The notes: generated from the letters alone by a model not told the origin. A stretch of DNA of 64,000 nucleotides from Eledone cirrhosa (GCA_964016885.1 OZ024740.1:162626001-162690000); one strand, 5' to 3'; counted from the stretch's first letter, positions 11,413 through 26,150 are shown. A program made the numbers and translations.

Positions 11413-11878
11413 AAAAAAAAAAAAAAAAAAAAAAAATTACTTATTGACACTTATACGTACGACATACACACACACGCATACATATGCGTGCACACAGCAA
11501 CACTCACACACACAACAAACACACACACACGCTACTCTACTCACTTACACGCACACACACACATATATATATATATATTACCGTCATTACTGATACAAGA
11601 TTACCAGATTATGTCAACTGTTGACTTTCAAGAGTTTGTATAGTTGAAGCCGATCGTATTACAGTCCAGTATTACTATAATTGCTTTACAGCATAGAGTT
11701 ATGGCTCTCCACGGAGTCAACAAAAGAGAGTACCAGTGATGCGCTGGCCAGTCGCTGGATCCGTGCCAAAAGCAGAAAAATTATTATTAAAGTTGTTCTT
11801 AAGGCCAGGTCGCTGGTGATGGTGATGGCGACGGCGGTGGCGGTGGTGGTGGTGGTGGCAGTTGATGTTGTTGTTCTG

Positions 11879-11911
<33 letters not shown>

Positions 11912-12557
11912 GTTATTTTGAGTTTTTTTTTTTTTTTTTTTCCTTTCTTTTTTTTCTCCTTTTTTTTTTTTTTTTTTTTTTTTCCCCTTCCCTTTTCTTT
12001 TTTCTTTTCCCTTCCTTTTTTTATGTTTTGATGCCGCTGTTGTTGTTGTTGTAATTGTTGTAAATGTTCATTTCAGTTCATTCTGAAGCTGTTGTTGCTG
12101 TAAACATTAGGGCCGGTGTTGTTGTTGTTGTAGATGTTGGGGTTGAAATCTGGTTGTTTGACTGAGTGATGTATATACACACATATACATACACACACAT
12201 ATATATATATACATTCATCAGAGAGTAGAGAGTTTGACAACAGGTCGATGACTTTAGTCTCGATAGGGTATGGTATGGTAATGACATGTGATGGTGGGGA
12301 GAGAGTGTAGACGTTATTGTGGTGGTGTGGACAGTGAGATGTATCTAGTTCATTTGACCGTTTTCTTCTCTTAGCAAAATTTGAATTCTAGCCATGTTAT
12401 ATTGAGATGTAAGTAAATGTAAAATATAAATAAGGATTGCTCTGCTAAAATATACTAAAATATTTGTGTAACTTCCACAAACTTCTGTCGTGACATTCCC
12501 GAGTCCAGTAACCAACAAATTGTACAACATACGTACATACATACATACATACATACA

Positions 12558-12591
<34 letters not shown>

Positions 12592-12775
12592 CATACATAC
12601 ATACATACATACATGCAACCTAAAATATCGATTATGTAATTTTTCTATAAAAGATATACATGTAATCAGCGGCTGACGAAATATGTCATGAAGGTACTAC
12701 ATCATAATGCTGGTGTTGCTAAAACAAAATACAATGTCATCTACAGGAAATACTGTCCAGGGATAAATATAGATA

Positions 12776-13078
12776 ACACTGGCCAACACACTTTTTGCTG
12801 ACTTAGGTGTTGTTGTTGTTTTTTAGCTAATTCTGAGGTGCTCATTTCAAATATGGCATCCATTTTTCCCCAACATATCATGTTTGTCTTTCGCTCAGCT
12901 ATCCCATAAACACAGGAAACACGGATATTTTGTATACTCTCCTTGTTGGCCATTGGAAAACTTGACATGATAGAAAAAAGGTACTGTCATTTTTAAACTC
13001 AGGGGTCCTAAATTACTCAAAAACAGGTCTCAAACTTAGGTCAGCAGGAAAAAAAAGCAAAATGTTGTTGACCAGTGT
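12776..13078. mobile_element. MITE-like element with 13-bp TIRs
   Basis: ACACTGGCCAACA at 12776-12788 versus TGTTGACCAGTGT at 13066-13078 (one mismatch); subterminal inverted GCTGAC/GTCAGC. Confidence 0.55.
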
Positions 13079-13279
13079 AATCACTCTATTATTGAATATA
13101 TACATACATATCAACACTAGGAATATTGTTGGAACATTCCCATCAAAACTTCTATCAAGTGCAAATATAACAGGCCTGATATATTTGTTTGAGACGGAAC
13201 AGAAACAAATATGTACTGTCATAGAAGTCAGCCAAAATAAGTGAGAAAAAGAATAATTATGAACAACTGTTTCAAAACG

Positions 13280-13600
13280 TTCTTCTTCTTCTTCTTCTTC
13301 TTCTTCTTCTTCTTCTTCTTCTTCTTCTTCTTCTTCTTCTTCTTCTTCTTCTTCTTCTTCTTCTTCTTCTTCTTCTTCTTCTTCTTCTTCTTCTTCTTCT
13401 TCTTCTTCTTCTTCTCCGAAGCCGGAGTCATCCTAAGCCAGTGACCCCAAAGCATCGTCGTACGTAGAGCCAACCAGCCCCCCCCACCACCACCACCACC
13501 ATCGCTGTGGTCCCGTGCCAGATCCTCTGCATCATCCAAGGTGATGTCGAGCCTCCGGAGATCTTCCCGCGGGGCCCTCCTCCAATCTGCAGCCACTAGT
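13280..13600 (-). mobile_element. 3' fragment of an RTE-like LINE with a long (GAA)n tail
   Basis: DWRRAPREDLRRLDITLDDAEDLARDH resembles the W..DL..A.DR..W C-terminal motif; the (TTC)n array at 13280-13415 abuts the 3' end. Confidence 0.6.
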
Positions 13601-14058
13601 GCCCTAGTAGGATGATCTGGTGGAAAGCGGAAAACATATCCGTACCAGCGTATGCGACGTTTAGCTATGTGGCGGGAAGCTGTTTATTGATACTGATTTG
13701 TGCACTTGGCTATATTATAAGATGCCTCTGTGGCAATCTGCAAAAGATTAGGTTTTTAGCCAAAGACATTGACATGTTTACAGGCACCTTACACATACAA
13801 TCTATATGACTTTAATGTCTTCCATACTACTGTATCTCGGAATAAGTAAGCGACTGTTGCTGATGAGTTATAACTAAAATATATGTATCCAACTCTCTTA
13901 AAGCAATACCGAGTTAACTGTGATATTATGATGGATTAAAATACTCACATCGAGACTATTATACATAAACATAGTGTATATATGACTCTATGTACACCTT
14001 AATTCTTAACCACGCTGTATTAGTGCTATCGCTAATACACCCGCACATTCACACACAC

Positions 14059-14156
<98 letters not shown>

Positions 14157-14457
14157 TAAAAGATAGAAAGAAAAGAGAATTTTTAAGTAGACAATGTTGA
14201 AAAGATTTTTTTAGTGAAATTTCAAAACATTAATTTGTTTACAATACCGGCTTCAGCATTAAATGCATTGTCAATTGCGGATATGCAGAATATTGTTAAG
14301 TTGCATATTTATACAAATAGTGAAAATAATAATAACAAAGAAAATATAGAGAGGGAAGAAAAATTAATTTTCACATACATATTCCTTTAGAGAAGAAAGT
14401 CAATTTGTCTGTCCATCCTTCTCTGCTAATGGCTTGGTTGTGTATACACACACACAC

Positions 14458-14584
<127 letters not shown>

Positions 14585-14872
14585 CACACACATATGTTTA
14601 TATATATATATATATGGCTCTATATAGATAGATATGTTTCTTTATTAGCCACAGGGGCACAAAAGAAGGGGACAAATACAAAGGGGGAAGTTTACATACA
14701 ATAAAAACGTGTAAAATACTATCACAAATGCAATTGAAAAGTTAATTGATTTTCCCCAATTGGAGGAGACATTTCATATGGGTAACACATATCCCCGAAA
14801 AAATGTGCAACCCTCATCTCCAGGAGTACGAAGAGTTTATACCCCCTTCTTCTCTTCCTCCTTTTCCTCAAC

Positions 14873-17800
14873 CTACAGGCTAATATAGAGAGAAGGCCCA
14901 TTCAATCGGGCCATTCTAGCCACTTTCACCCACCTTTCATAGAACTTGCTGGGGTACAGCACCTCTCTCTCCATCCTGATTCTTCTTCCAAAGTGGTATT
15001 TGAAAAAAATAATCAGTTGTTGGCGGGAGAGAAAGGTGTCTGACCTCAGCCCTTTTAACCTCGTCCTCCATACAACTTCTTTCGCCATAGCTATCACACA
15101 AAGGAAAACCGCCTCTCCTTCGTTTTTGAAGGAGGGTGGCGGTTTGAACATGACAATGGACTCGCTGGTCAACCGGATTGGTCTCACCCACGACAATAGT
15201 CGTTCTACACAGCCCCACAGGTCGGTAACGCCCGGGCAGTGTATGAATGCGTGCGCATCTCGGACAGATCTTTTTCGAAGGGCTCCTGCCCGAGCGCCCA
15301 TGTCTGTAGAGTTTGTCTCGAACTGGTAGAGCTCCTCAGTAGCACTGCCAGGCCAGGGACTTTTGGAAGTTGTCCATCGGTCCCGGGCAGAAGGTCCTAC
15401 CGAACATACTGGCCAGTTCATCTTCCTCTACGCCAAGACCTTCTCCGAGCGCGTCGTCGCACTTGCTGCGGATCAACCCTCTATAGAATGACGAAGTGGA
15501 GTCTCCACTGATCGCCGGGTCCGCCTGCGGGAGAGCTGTGAGAGCCTGAGCACATTCGATGTGCCTGTCGCCCATTTTCCTCGGTCTTTGCTTGACCCAG
15601 GACTGCAGCTCGGTCAGCGAGACGAGTCGTGGGAAGGCTCGCCTCACGAATGGGGCCCACACCGGTTGTCCGGTGAGGAATACGTAGAGATGCCGCAGCC
15701 TGAGCGCGTGTTTGCGCATCGTCAGCCACGGCATCTCCAGCCCTCCGTTGGAAGGGTGTTGGCAGCAGATGGATCTTCTCACCAAAGAAGCCCGCTTCTT
15801 CCAAAGGAATTGGAAGAGAGCGCGCTCCATTTTGGTGAGCGTTTTGGCTGGACAAGGCACGACGGTCAAGCGGTAGTAGATGACGGACGCTATAAAAGTG
15901 TTCGCCACCTCCGCTCGACCTTTCAAGGATAGTTTGCACTCGGCCCACTTCTGGGTGAGTGCAAACACTTTGGCCGTCACCTCGTTCCAGTTTTTCTCCA
16001 TCTGGAGGTCCGGACCAAACCAGACCCCGACCAGCTTTACCGGTCCTTCCGTCCAGCGTCCGACGACGCCGTCGGAAGGCATCGGTTTGCCTCTCCACGA
16101 TCCGAGTTGCAAACCGATGGACTTGTCCCGGTTCAGCTTCGCTCCTGTGAACCTTTCGTATTCCTTCAGTAAGGTGTCGACTTCCTCGATTTGCGAGGTG
16201 CTCAACACCATTACTGTCACGTTGTCATTAGGCCGACGCCGCTTTCCGCAGTCCCGGTTCCAGAGGGATGCCCGGCAATAACTCCAATTGCCGCAGTAGC
16301 GGCTCGAGAGTCAGTACGTACAGAAGGGAGGAGAGAGGGCATCCCTGTCGAATGGATCGCGTGATATGGAACGGCTCTGCGAGATAGCCGTTCACTTTGA
16401 CCCTTGAGCAGATGTTGTTGTTGTGCATTGCAGCAATCCAGCCCCTGAACACGGGTCCGAAGCCTGCCGCCTCGAGCACCGCATCCAGGTAACGATGGTC
16501 AACCCTATCGAAAGCCTTAGACTGATCCAAGTTGATTAGGGCCCCACCGAACCCGGGTTTACACCCTAGCCTCTCTATGATGTATCGCATGAGGTGGAGG
16601 TTGTCGTGTATGGACCTGGTCGGGATTGAGCATGTCTGCGCTTCTCCCACCAGATTTTCGACGACAAGCGCCAGCCTCTTTGCCAACACCTTGGCCAAAA
16701 TCTGTAACTCTGTGTTTAGCAGAGTTATGGGCCGGAAGTTGCCTACGTCATCCCCCTTATTCTCGTCCTTCCTGACTAGTGTGACTACGTCCCTGGTCAC
16801 AGAACTTGGAATTCTCCCGTTCTGCTGCCAGTTGCAATAGACCGCTTCCAAGAGACCGGAGAACAAGTCCGGCATTACTACGTAAAATTCGTAGGATAGA
16901 CCGTCGAGACCTGGAGATTTGCGTTTGCCGCATTGGCTCAGCGCGTCCCCTATCTCAGCGGCTGAAATCGGCTTTTCGCAGACCTTCGCCTCGCTGTCCG
17001 AGAGTCGCGGTAGGCCGTCAAGGTATGGACCGAAATTCATAGCTCCTCCCGGCGCGCCGCCCTGCCAGAACAGCTGAGCTCACGTATCACGCGTCCGTCT
17101 TGGTCCTTCAAAGACCGAATCGTGGACTTGTTGCCACTTTGTGCCTCCGTCACTCGGGTCCAGCTAACAGCTTTGTCTCCCTCGTTACCCAGAGCACGTA
17201 TTTTGCATCTGACAACGCAGCCCTCGTGCTTTGCGTCGAAGAACTGGTCAAGGCCGTTCTCGTTGATAGCACGCTGGCTACGTTGCCACTTCTAATTGCC
17301 TCTTCAACTTTATCTATCAGTTCCTTCTCGGTCCTATTTCTATTTAACGCTAATTCTTTACTAAAAACTAACGAGTCTAATCTAACTGCCCTCTTGAGAG
17401 AGTACCGCCATCTGTTGTTGACAATGGCCCCTATCAAGTGCTGCTTAACTAAAGTGCTAATCCGTCTACTGTAGGCTTTGCATGTCGGTAACGACAAGTT
17501 CAGCTTCCAGTAGCCGGGTCCTTGTCTATGGGTTCTATCAAGGTTGACCATGCAGGTCACTAGTTTGTTATCTGAATAGGCAACCATAAACATTTGTGGA
17601 CAGCTTAACATGTCCCTATCTTTATTTCTAACTAGAACCCTATCTAGGTACGATCTAGATGTTCCGCTAAGATTAGTCCACGTCCACAGTGGCGCAGTCG
17701 GAAAATCTAGTTGATATCTATCGGCCAGGTCAAATCGGCCGATTAACTGTTTGAGTCTGTTACACACTCCGTTATCGGGACATGCTCCCACATAGTCCCA

Positions 17801-18240
17801 ACGTGCATCTAGGATTCCATTCCAGACCCCACTAAAAGCAAGGAGCGGGCCGTTCCCAGAAAAGTCTCTAGACGTTTGAAGAAGTCTGGCCGCGGTATTC
17901 CGGATGGGGCATATGCGACCACCAGCCTGAAGACTCCACCTTCACTACCGTCAACGTCTAGGACCACCAGTCGACCCTCCGAGTTCAGATGTATCGTCTG
18001 TGTTACAAGGTCCAGGTGTTTCCGCAGCAAAACGGCAACCCCGCCCCCACCTCCCGGCTGACAGAGAGATGCGTAGATCTCAAAGTCGTCGAAGATGGGG
18101 GCCAGCTGTCGCTCGCTGTGGATCCTGGACTCGCAAATGGCTACTACATCCATCTTGTGCGACCTGAGGTCGTTTAAGAATTTGCCCTGTTTCCAGGGCA
18201 TCCCCAGGCCGCGTACATTCACACATCCAACTCTTATATT
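14873..18240 (-). pseudogene. Tx1 ORF2 (APE-RT-zinc-binding domain), broken by several frameshifts
   Basis: NVRGL, SYLDRV, GPGYWKLN, KSPGLDGL, FRPITLLNT, DQSKAFDRVDH, IRQGCPLS; the YADD motif is disrupted near 16225. Confidence 0.9.
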
Positions 18241-18242
18241 GG

Positions 18243-20151
18243 CTATGTTGGTGCTGAAAAGTTAAAAGAAGGGGAAAAGAAATCACTCACCTCTTCGTCT
18301 CCTGGGGACCAGGCTGCACAATGTCCATGGGGGTGTTGGAGGGGTTGTTTGGTAGGGTAGTGGTTCCTGGCGAGGTGGGGCGGAGATGTTTGGTGGGGAG
18401 GGGTGTCTGGGGTGGGGGTGGGGAAACGTTTCAAGAGGATGCGGTTCGTTGGTTTAACACACATATTTCCCACATCCTCAGCAAAGTTTTCCTTTAAGGA
18501 CTTATAGGTGTCCGTAGGGACCCTAATCATCCTTAAATTAGGTTTGTCTTTACATTTGGTAAAATATTTTCCTTCGGTTTCCACGGAAACGTTTTTGGAG
18601 ATGACCTCCATCAAGGTTTTATTGTCAGTGTTTATGTAAGTATAATATTTTTGTTGTGTTGTGTTAGTTTTTGTCTGTTGTTCTTGTGTGTTTTCGTTTT
18701 GTTGTGGGTATTTGTGTTTGGAGTGTTGTCATTGTTTTGTTTTCGGGAGGGGGGGGGTTGTCTGTAATATTTGAGTTGTTTGTGTTGGTGGTTGTGTGTT
18801 TGTTGCCTTTTTTTGTGTTATGTCTTTTTTTCTTTTTTTTTTGAGCGGAGGGGTTCTCCCTCATCATCACTGAGTGATGACGAGGGGGCTTCGTCCGTTG
18901 TGGTGTCTGGTTGATTGGGGAGGGGTACGTTTTGGGGAGCTGTTGTGCTTGTGGTTGTTTTGGGATTTGTTTTAGGTGGGGAGAGGTTGGTGGGACTGTG
19001 TTTGCAGTTTGGTTTGTTTTTCTTATTTTTGTGTGTTGTTGTGGTGGTGGTGGTGGTGGTGGTGGTGGTGGTGGTGGTGGTGGTGGTGGTGGTTGTGTTG
19101 TTGTGTTAGGTGTCGGCAATAGTGCCTTTTTTTATGCAGTTAATTGAGGACAGGAAGCCCTCAGATGACCACTGCTTAAACACTGGTAACATGAAGGCTG
19201 CCTACCCTCAACAGAAATGTTTATGTAGGAATTTCCATCCAGAGGCACACGTTGTGGTATTCTCACTATCCGCTGTGGTCTCATTTGGACTAGAACTTCT
19301 AAGCTTGTACCGTTGAATATGCCACTAGAGGACTTTCCTACCAAAATTACTGTATCTTCATCAAAATTGATGAAACCAGCTAATATCCACCAGATGTTTA
19401 CATTTGGTGTGATATTTGTTACTCTTATTTTTGGGGTCCATTTTCCCATATATGTGGGGAAAAAGGTGTAGAGGGGGGACACAATTGGCGACACAGAATA
19501 TTTCTGTGCCGTCAATTGGTCTTTCATTAGCACCGAAATGCTTCCAAAAAGTTTACCTTTTTTGGATGAAGGCAATATCCTTCATTGAATTTTTCAGAAC
19601 AGTTCAATTTCGTTTTGAGATAATTAGACTGGTTTTTTAGACACATTTGAAACTGTCCTAAAAATTAGTTTTTAGGATAGTTTCTCTACGTAACTGTTGA
19701 GGAGAAGTGATGCTGAAAGCACCATTCTCACCAAAAGTTACATACTGCTTTGTATGACTTAACAGCTCCCTAGCATTGGAGATGTCAAGGTATGTAAACA
19801 GTTCCGTCTTTTGGACGGTTTGTGCGAAGGAAACTTTTCCTTGTTTGTGGAGTTGTTCGTGTTGCTGTTGTTGTTGGTGGTGTTGTTGTTATCATTGTTG
19901 CTGTTGTTGTTATTGTTATTGTTGTCATTGTTGTTGTTGTTGTTGTTGTTCTGGTTGGTGTTGTTTACATTTTTCATGTTATTGGTGTTGGTGTTGGTGT
20001 TACAATCAACGTTCGACATCGTGTTTTCAAAACTGACGACATTTTCGACGTCTTTCAATGCGGTGGTGAGAGGAGATGACTGCGAGCTTAATACTCTTAC
20101 CGCCTCTCCACCACTTCTCGTACTGGACGCATCGTCCATGACTGAATGCAA
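18243..20151 (-). pseudogene. Tx1 ORF1 (gag-like, CCHC zinc knuckle), fragmented
   Basis: CYQCLSSGHLRASC (Cx2Cx4Hx4C) in 19132-19575; Pro/Asn/Thr low-complexity tracts. Confidence 0.75.
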
Positions 20152-20498
20152 AATTTGTTTACAATTTTTTTCACCGAAAAAAATTTTTTAAAACGAAAAT
20201 TTCACCCCAGGGAGGGGTGAAGATGAGTTGACCCACCATCTGAAAGTCCAGACGTGGGGTCAAGCTATAAAATAGTATCAAATTTAACAATAAATTTTTG
20301 ATTTCTTACTTAGAAAATCAACAAAAGCTTACCAGCGAACTGGCACACGTCTATATAGATAGATAGAATAGATAGATAGATAGATAAGTTTATCCCGGGT
20401 TCAATCGGGGAAAACCAGAGTAAGTAAGGTAATCAATACAAAGCAGCATATAAATATTTCATTCTCCCGAAGAAAGTTCTAGTCCTGTAGAAGCCATT

Positions 20499-20559
<61 letters not shown>

Positions 20560-20699
20560 TTAAAACAATGAAATAAAAATTCAAGTCATTAGGAAAATAC
20601 TTCACTGCTTTACGATCGTTTCTAGGTGATAATAATACATCGTACGCATATTTCGTTATCGATCTATGTAAGGTTAGTTACAAAATATCAGATAAGGAG

Positions 20700-21379
20700 A
20701 ACATTTACCTACTTGTATATCATCAGCTGTTGTCAAAAGCAATGAGAATTTTATTCAATATCAGTAGTAAGTTGGGTTTAGTGACCTTATTTGGAGGCTG
20801 CCAAAGAATAAACCAATCAAATGGTATTTTGCCAAATGATGCTAAGACGAAATAAAATCCACTCTAGCTAAGGTCACGACCTTTTTAAAGGAATGGTTGA
20901 AAGGTGTTAAAAATAGAATTACTTATAGAGAAAGGGGATTGTATTAATAGTGGATTGCAGTTGGTGAAGTGAAGTTTAAAACAATTTTGTATGTTGAGTT
21001 GTGTTGAATTTTTTAGGTGAATATAAATAAAGGGATATGAGATATACGGAAATAACTAGAATAAATATAGATAGGTAAGTTAATGGTCATAATTAGGAAG
21101 GATATTATATAATTAGGAAGTATATTAAAATATTAAAATTATAATAAGATAATATATACGATTAGTGGTGGGGATATATGAAATTTTTTCTTTATATCCA
21201 CTTCTAGTCAAGGCCTCGTGTAGAAAGATGCATTTTTATCAAATATATCCTCATTGGAGGATAATTTAGAAAGTATAAGAGATATGTTATGTACTAAGTT
21301 TTTTAGTATAGAGCCAGGGTGGTTAGAGCGTGAATGTACATAGTGTAGAATCTGGTTGGGTTTGTGGTAAGGTTGATAA

Positions 21380-21380
<1 letters not shown>
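20700..21380 (-). pseudogene. Degraded Penelope (Naiad-like) RT thumb fragment; left boundary approximate
   Basis: YQPYHKPNQILHYVHSRSNHPGSILKNLVHNISLILSKLSSNEDIF aligns with [46 protein letters not shown] in the 42303-44411 ORF. Confidence 0.75.
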
Positions 21381-21421
<41 letters not shown>

Positions 21422-21542
21422 GGTAAACAGAAATAACAACACACTCGGTACAGTATATGGAAGGTATATATTAGGTTAAATCGGGGGTAATCACAGTAAG
21501 AGTAAGGTACTCAATACATAGCAGAGTATAAATATTTAATAT

Positions 21543-21612
21543 AGAAATGGCTTCTACAGGACTGATGATTTCTCCCGAATGAAACAGTTCTAGTCCTGTA
21601 GAAGCCATTTCT
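21543..21612 (+). ncRNA. Hammerhead-like core inside a 21-bp perfect inverted repeat (Penelope pLTR-type)
   Basis: CTGATGA-T-TTC tccc GAA-T-GAAAC; the cleavage triplet does not fit cleanly. Confidence 0.45.
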
Positions 21613-21618
21613 CTCTCA

Positions 21619-21728
<110 letters not shown>

Positions 21729-22837
21729 TGGAATAAATTAGCATTTTTTAGTTTTTAAATAAAATGTAACTTTTTCGCCATTTATCTATTTATCTTTTTC
21801 TCTTTCTGTTTATATCTTCAACAAGGAACAAGCAAGCTTGATATATTCTTCCTAATATGTAGTCATAATACAATTTTGTTGAAATTACCGTTTATCATTG
21901 ACATACTCATACCTCTTTGCCATCCCCTCTTCATGCTTCCATAATAATAATCCCCATCCAAAAGATAATATCAGGTTTCTCCTCTATCAGCACTTAGATT
22001 GCCAAATCTTAGGGAACAAGTACTGCAGACGTTCTTTTTTTATATAACAACACGCGTTGCATCACAGGGGAATTTAGCTTCTCATATCTAGTTACTTTCT
22101 ATTTATGGCTTCAACAACAACATCAACAACATCAACATCAACAACAATAATAATAATGATGACGATGATGATGATGATGATGATGATGAAGGTTACATAA
22201 AAATATACTTCCTTGAATTTGACAGTTCTTACGAAAAATCCTCTGGGATAACAAAGGGCAAACCCAGCTTTGATATCAACATGAAATATAAAAAATATAT
22301 AGTTTAATATATTGTGCAAATTAAGAAACCGAGTGAAACACTGTAATTTCTTTCCTTTTGTCTGCTTTATTGTTTTTCTTTTCTATTTAAAAAGCATGAG
22401 CGTTAAAATAAATCCATGTCTAAAACATGTTTTTGTTATGTCTTATGGGCAGAGTTCTACATTGATAAATAAAGAAAATACTGGAATTGTTTTTCTTCCC
22501 TTCCCAGTGTTAAGGAAATCATTGAACAACGACTAGTAGTTTTACAATGACACATAAAACAAATGGATATTTCATTGTATTTATCCGCTCACTGTGAACG
22601 AAAACGTTATTGTATAATAAACTACTCCCAGTGAAATGGATATATGTAAAATATATCTTTTGATAATTTTTATATTGCTTTTCCATATACTAAAACATTC
22701 AATATAATATAAAGAAATAAAGAAGAAATATATTTTGCAAGAGATGTCAACATGAATGGACCTGTTATTTTTATCTAAAGACATTTTTTCCAATTCCAAC
22801 CCGCCCGTCCCCTCAATCTATTTTATTACTCATTCTT

Positions 22838-22873
22838 TCTTCTGATGAAGGACTGGCGTCCGAAACGTTAAGA
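22838..22873 (+). ncRNA. Minimal type I hammerhead ribozyme (Penelope-type)
   Basis: TCTT-CTGATGA-a-GGAC tggc GTCC-GAAA-CG-TT|AAGA; palindromic stem III (AACGTT) typical of dimer-dependent hammerheads. Confidence 0.75.
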
Positions 22874-23004
22874 CTCTCTTCATGCTATATCAAACGTTAA
22901 CCTAATATATCACTTCCATATACTGTACCGATTGTGTTGTTATTTCTGTTTACCTTTTACATACATATATATGTGTGTGTATGTGGGTGGGTGTGGGTGT
23001 GTGG

Positions 23005-23090
<86 letters not shown>

Positions 23091-24724
23091 AAGGGTGGTG
23101 GCACTCAGGAGAGTGAACGGCTATCCAATACGAGTAGACACACCTCATTAGCCTTGGTTGGCAGTATGTCTGGAAGGATCAATCTGATTTCAAAGCTGGA
23201 GTAGATTATATTCCTTAGTCATTTAGATGACAACCTTTCAGGTGATTTCATCATTGTAATGAATGTGCTTGAGTTGCGGCTCGGTAGCCATCTTCCTGAA
23301 TCAGTCCTGAATCATCTCGATACCAAAACAATTTTGGTTACTTCACACATATGTATTTCCTGTGAGGCTTTCAATAAGTTATTTGTTTAATTTTAAATCA
23401 CATTTTATAAACAATAGCAACGTTGGTTCCAGTGGGGAAAATCCAATTTATTCCCAGTGGTGAGCAAGACAAAGGGGTATTTGTAACGCAAATATTTGTA
23501 GGGCAAATATTTCAAAGGACTTCTTTAGAAAAAAGCGGCGTTTTGTTTTCTCGCTGATGTTTACATCCTTTTATCGATATATACCGGTGAAAGTTAGACA
23601 CTTGCACAAAATACTTAAGTTTCATGTATTTTTTAACACGGATAGAGTAGTAACCCTTCTGCAGGAAAGAGTAGAAAGAAAGAGTGAATGTGGAGAAGAA
23701 ATCATTTATAATAAAGGTTTTCGTGCAATATGCCTGTAAAAAATGTGTGTGTGTTTATATATGACAGAATTTTGTGTAATTCTATCACAAGATATTCTTG
23801 TTAGGAATGTTTGGAGGTGGCATCTTGTTTAACAGTAAGTGTAATTTGATTTGTTGATATATGGTGTATATGAAAGGGTTGCCTACTATGATGGTCTATC
23901 TAAGGACGTTTGTCAAACGTGTTCGATAAGAGATATCTAATTTATATATAGATGCATGATCAGCATGCCGAGAACAAATTATGTTGAGTGTTAGCCTAGT
24001 GTAGGCGGGATCCATCAATGATCTGGTATGAACTTGTCAGCGTGCGTGAACATATTGGAGAAGCTAGCCCTGATTTAAAAGTAATTACGAAAGTTTTTTT
24101 TTTACTTTATCAATGTTTGACAATTGTTGTGGCCTCTACAGAGGAAAAGCTGCACCACCAAACAATCACAGGAAAATACATAACTGATACTTTAATAAAT
24201 ATAGTAGAAAGACGAACATAGGCTTATTAACTTGCATATTATTAACACTTATAGTGGTCGTTAAATCTAATATATACAGTACAGAGGTATCTGGGATTCC
24301 GTAAATGTGTATATAAATGTATCTATTGTGTATATAGACATGTTAGCATTTCACGGTAAATTGGAAACACCTGTGTCATTACTTTGCAATATAACATACA
24401 CTAGTCCACAACTAATTCTGGATGCGGTCGCTTAACCTGCTAGAAATAGTAAATACATCTCCTCCAAAATCATACACAAACATCTACAAAAGTTGGAAGT
24501 TTGTATTTCTTATTGCAGCTCTAAATATCCCAAAAGACGGGATTATTTTTATCGTTTACTCATATGAGGAAGGACAGCGATCATAGTCTTTTTCAGGCAC
24601 CCTGTGACTGGTGTGAGGAAGTTATCTCCAGATCGTAACCTGACTCAAATAAATGCAACAGAATGGACCCTATTAATGGCACCAAATGATCAGGTAGTGA
24701 AACGTTTTTAACTGTAGGTCTGCA

Positions 24725-25400
24725 GATAGGCAGTATCAGTAGAGGGGCGGACAACATGCTTCGCGGCATAGAGTTACGGTCCTTTAAGTTCTGAGTTCAA
24801 ATACTCTCGAGGTTAGCTTTGCCTTTCATCCTTTCAGGGTCGATAAAATAAAGGACCAGTAAGACACAGATCGATTTAATTGACTTTCCCTTTCCCCAAA
24901 ATTGCTGGCCTTGTGCCTATAGTAGAAACCATTATAAGTCTGCTGGACCACGGCTGACCTCGGGCTAAACAACATTAAATAAATAATTGTTTCTATTTTA
25001 GGCACAAGGCCAGCAATTACCCAGTACATTACTGGTACTTTATTTTATCGACCCCGTAAGGATGAAAGGCAAAGTTAACCTCGGCGGGATTTGAACATTA
25101 AATAAATAATACCAACCTAGTATTATATAACAACCACACCAGTTTTAATTATATAATTTTTCCCTTATTTAGACTTCAGTCTACTTTTCATCATTGACAA
25201 TAATTTTTAGTGTCGTTGTTCTTTTGGCTGTATCGGTAGAGGGTCGGACATCATGCTTTGACGCATAGAGTTACAACCCTTGCCATTCTGAGTTCAAATC
25301 CCGCCGCGGTTAACTTTGCCTTTCATCCTTATGGGATCGATAAAATAAAGTACCAGTAATGCACTGGGGTAATTGCTGGCCTTGTGCCAAAAGTAGAAAC
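24725..25400. mobile_element. Three Meta-SINE copies (about 24725-24935 plus, 24988-25093 minus and 5'-truncated, about 25225-25400 plus)
   Basis: Core motif present; the middle copy has TSD AACATTAAATAAATAAT at 24971-24987 and 25094-25110. Confidence 0.8.
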
Positions 25401-25938
25401 TCTCTTAATTATTTAGTTGTTGTTACTGTTGACGTCGTCGTCGTTGTTCTTTCTAAGGCGCCGAACTACAATGAAAAAGATATTTATTATTAAACATTTA
25501 AATGTGTGACTAATCCCTCAGATAAACTAGACGTTTCATTTTATTTGAAATTCTATAAGCAGACATAAAGTCTTATATTAAATTTTTTTTATTTAAACAA
25601 GTTGAGAATCTAGATTATTATCTATCGTAGCTCGTCTTATATCATAATTCATTTTGTTCCTTTCAGAAACATGCCGTGGAAATTGTAAAAATCTATTATT
25701 TATTTAGTTATATAATGAAATCCTCATTGTGTACAATAGAATAAAAATATAAATATAAATATATATTTTACCGTCGAAAAGTTAATGACCTACAACTGTT
25801 TGTGTTTGTTTAACATATTTTAATCATATTAAAAGAGAAAGAGGAACACAGAGACGGAGGAGACAACGAACGAGTGAAAACTGCAAATCTGAGTCACACA
25901 CACACACACACACACAGACACACGCGCGCGCGCGCGCG

Positions 25939-25979
<41 letters not shown>

Positions 25980-25980
25980 A

Positions 25981-26057
25981 CAGGGTGTCCCTAAAAATGT
26001 ATACATACATTGATTAGAATGTTGCTGAAGTGTGTATATATTTTGAGGGGACACCCT

Positions 26058-26058
<1 letters not shown>
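25981..26058. mobile_element. Tiny Tc1/mariner-type MITE in (TA)n
   Basis: TIRs CAGGGTGTCCC...GGGACACCCTG; a relative lies at 54352-54451. Confidence 0.7.
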
Positions 26059-26104
<46 letters not shown>

Positions 26105-26117
26105 GAGAGAGAGAGAA

Positions 26118-26150
<33 letters not shown>

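Larger units (their letters stand above)
14635..20349 (-). mobile_element. Full-length Tx1/L1-clade LINE with 16-bp TSD, inserted in (GATA)n
   Basis: TSD TCTATATAGATAGATA at 14619-14634 and 20350-20365; ORF1 and ORF2 remnants; AATAAA at the 3' end. Confidence 0.9.
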
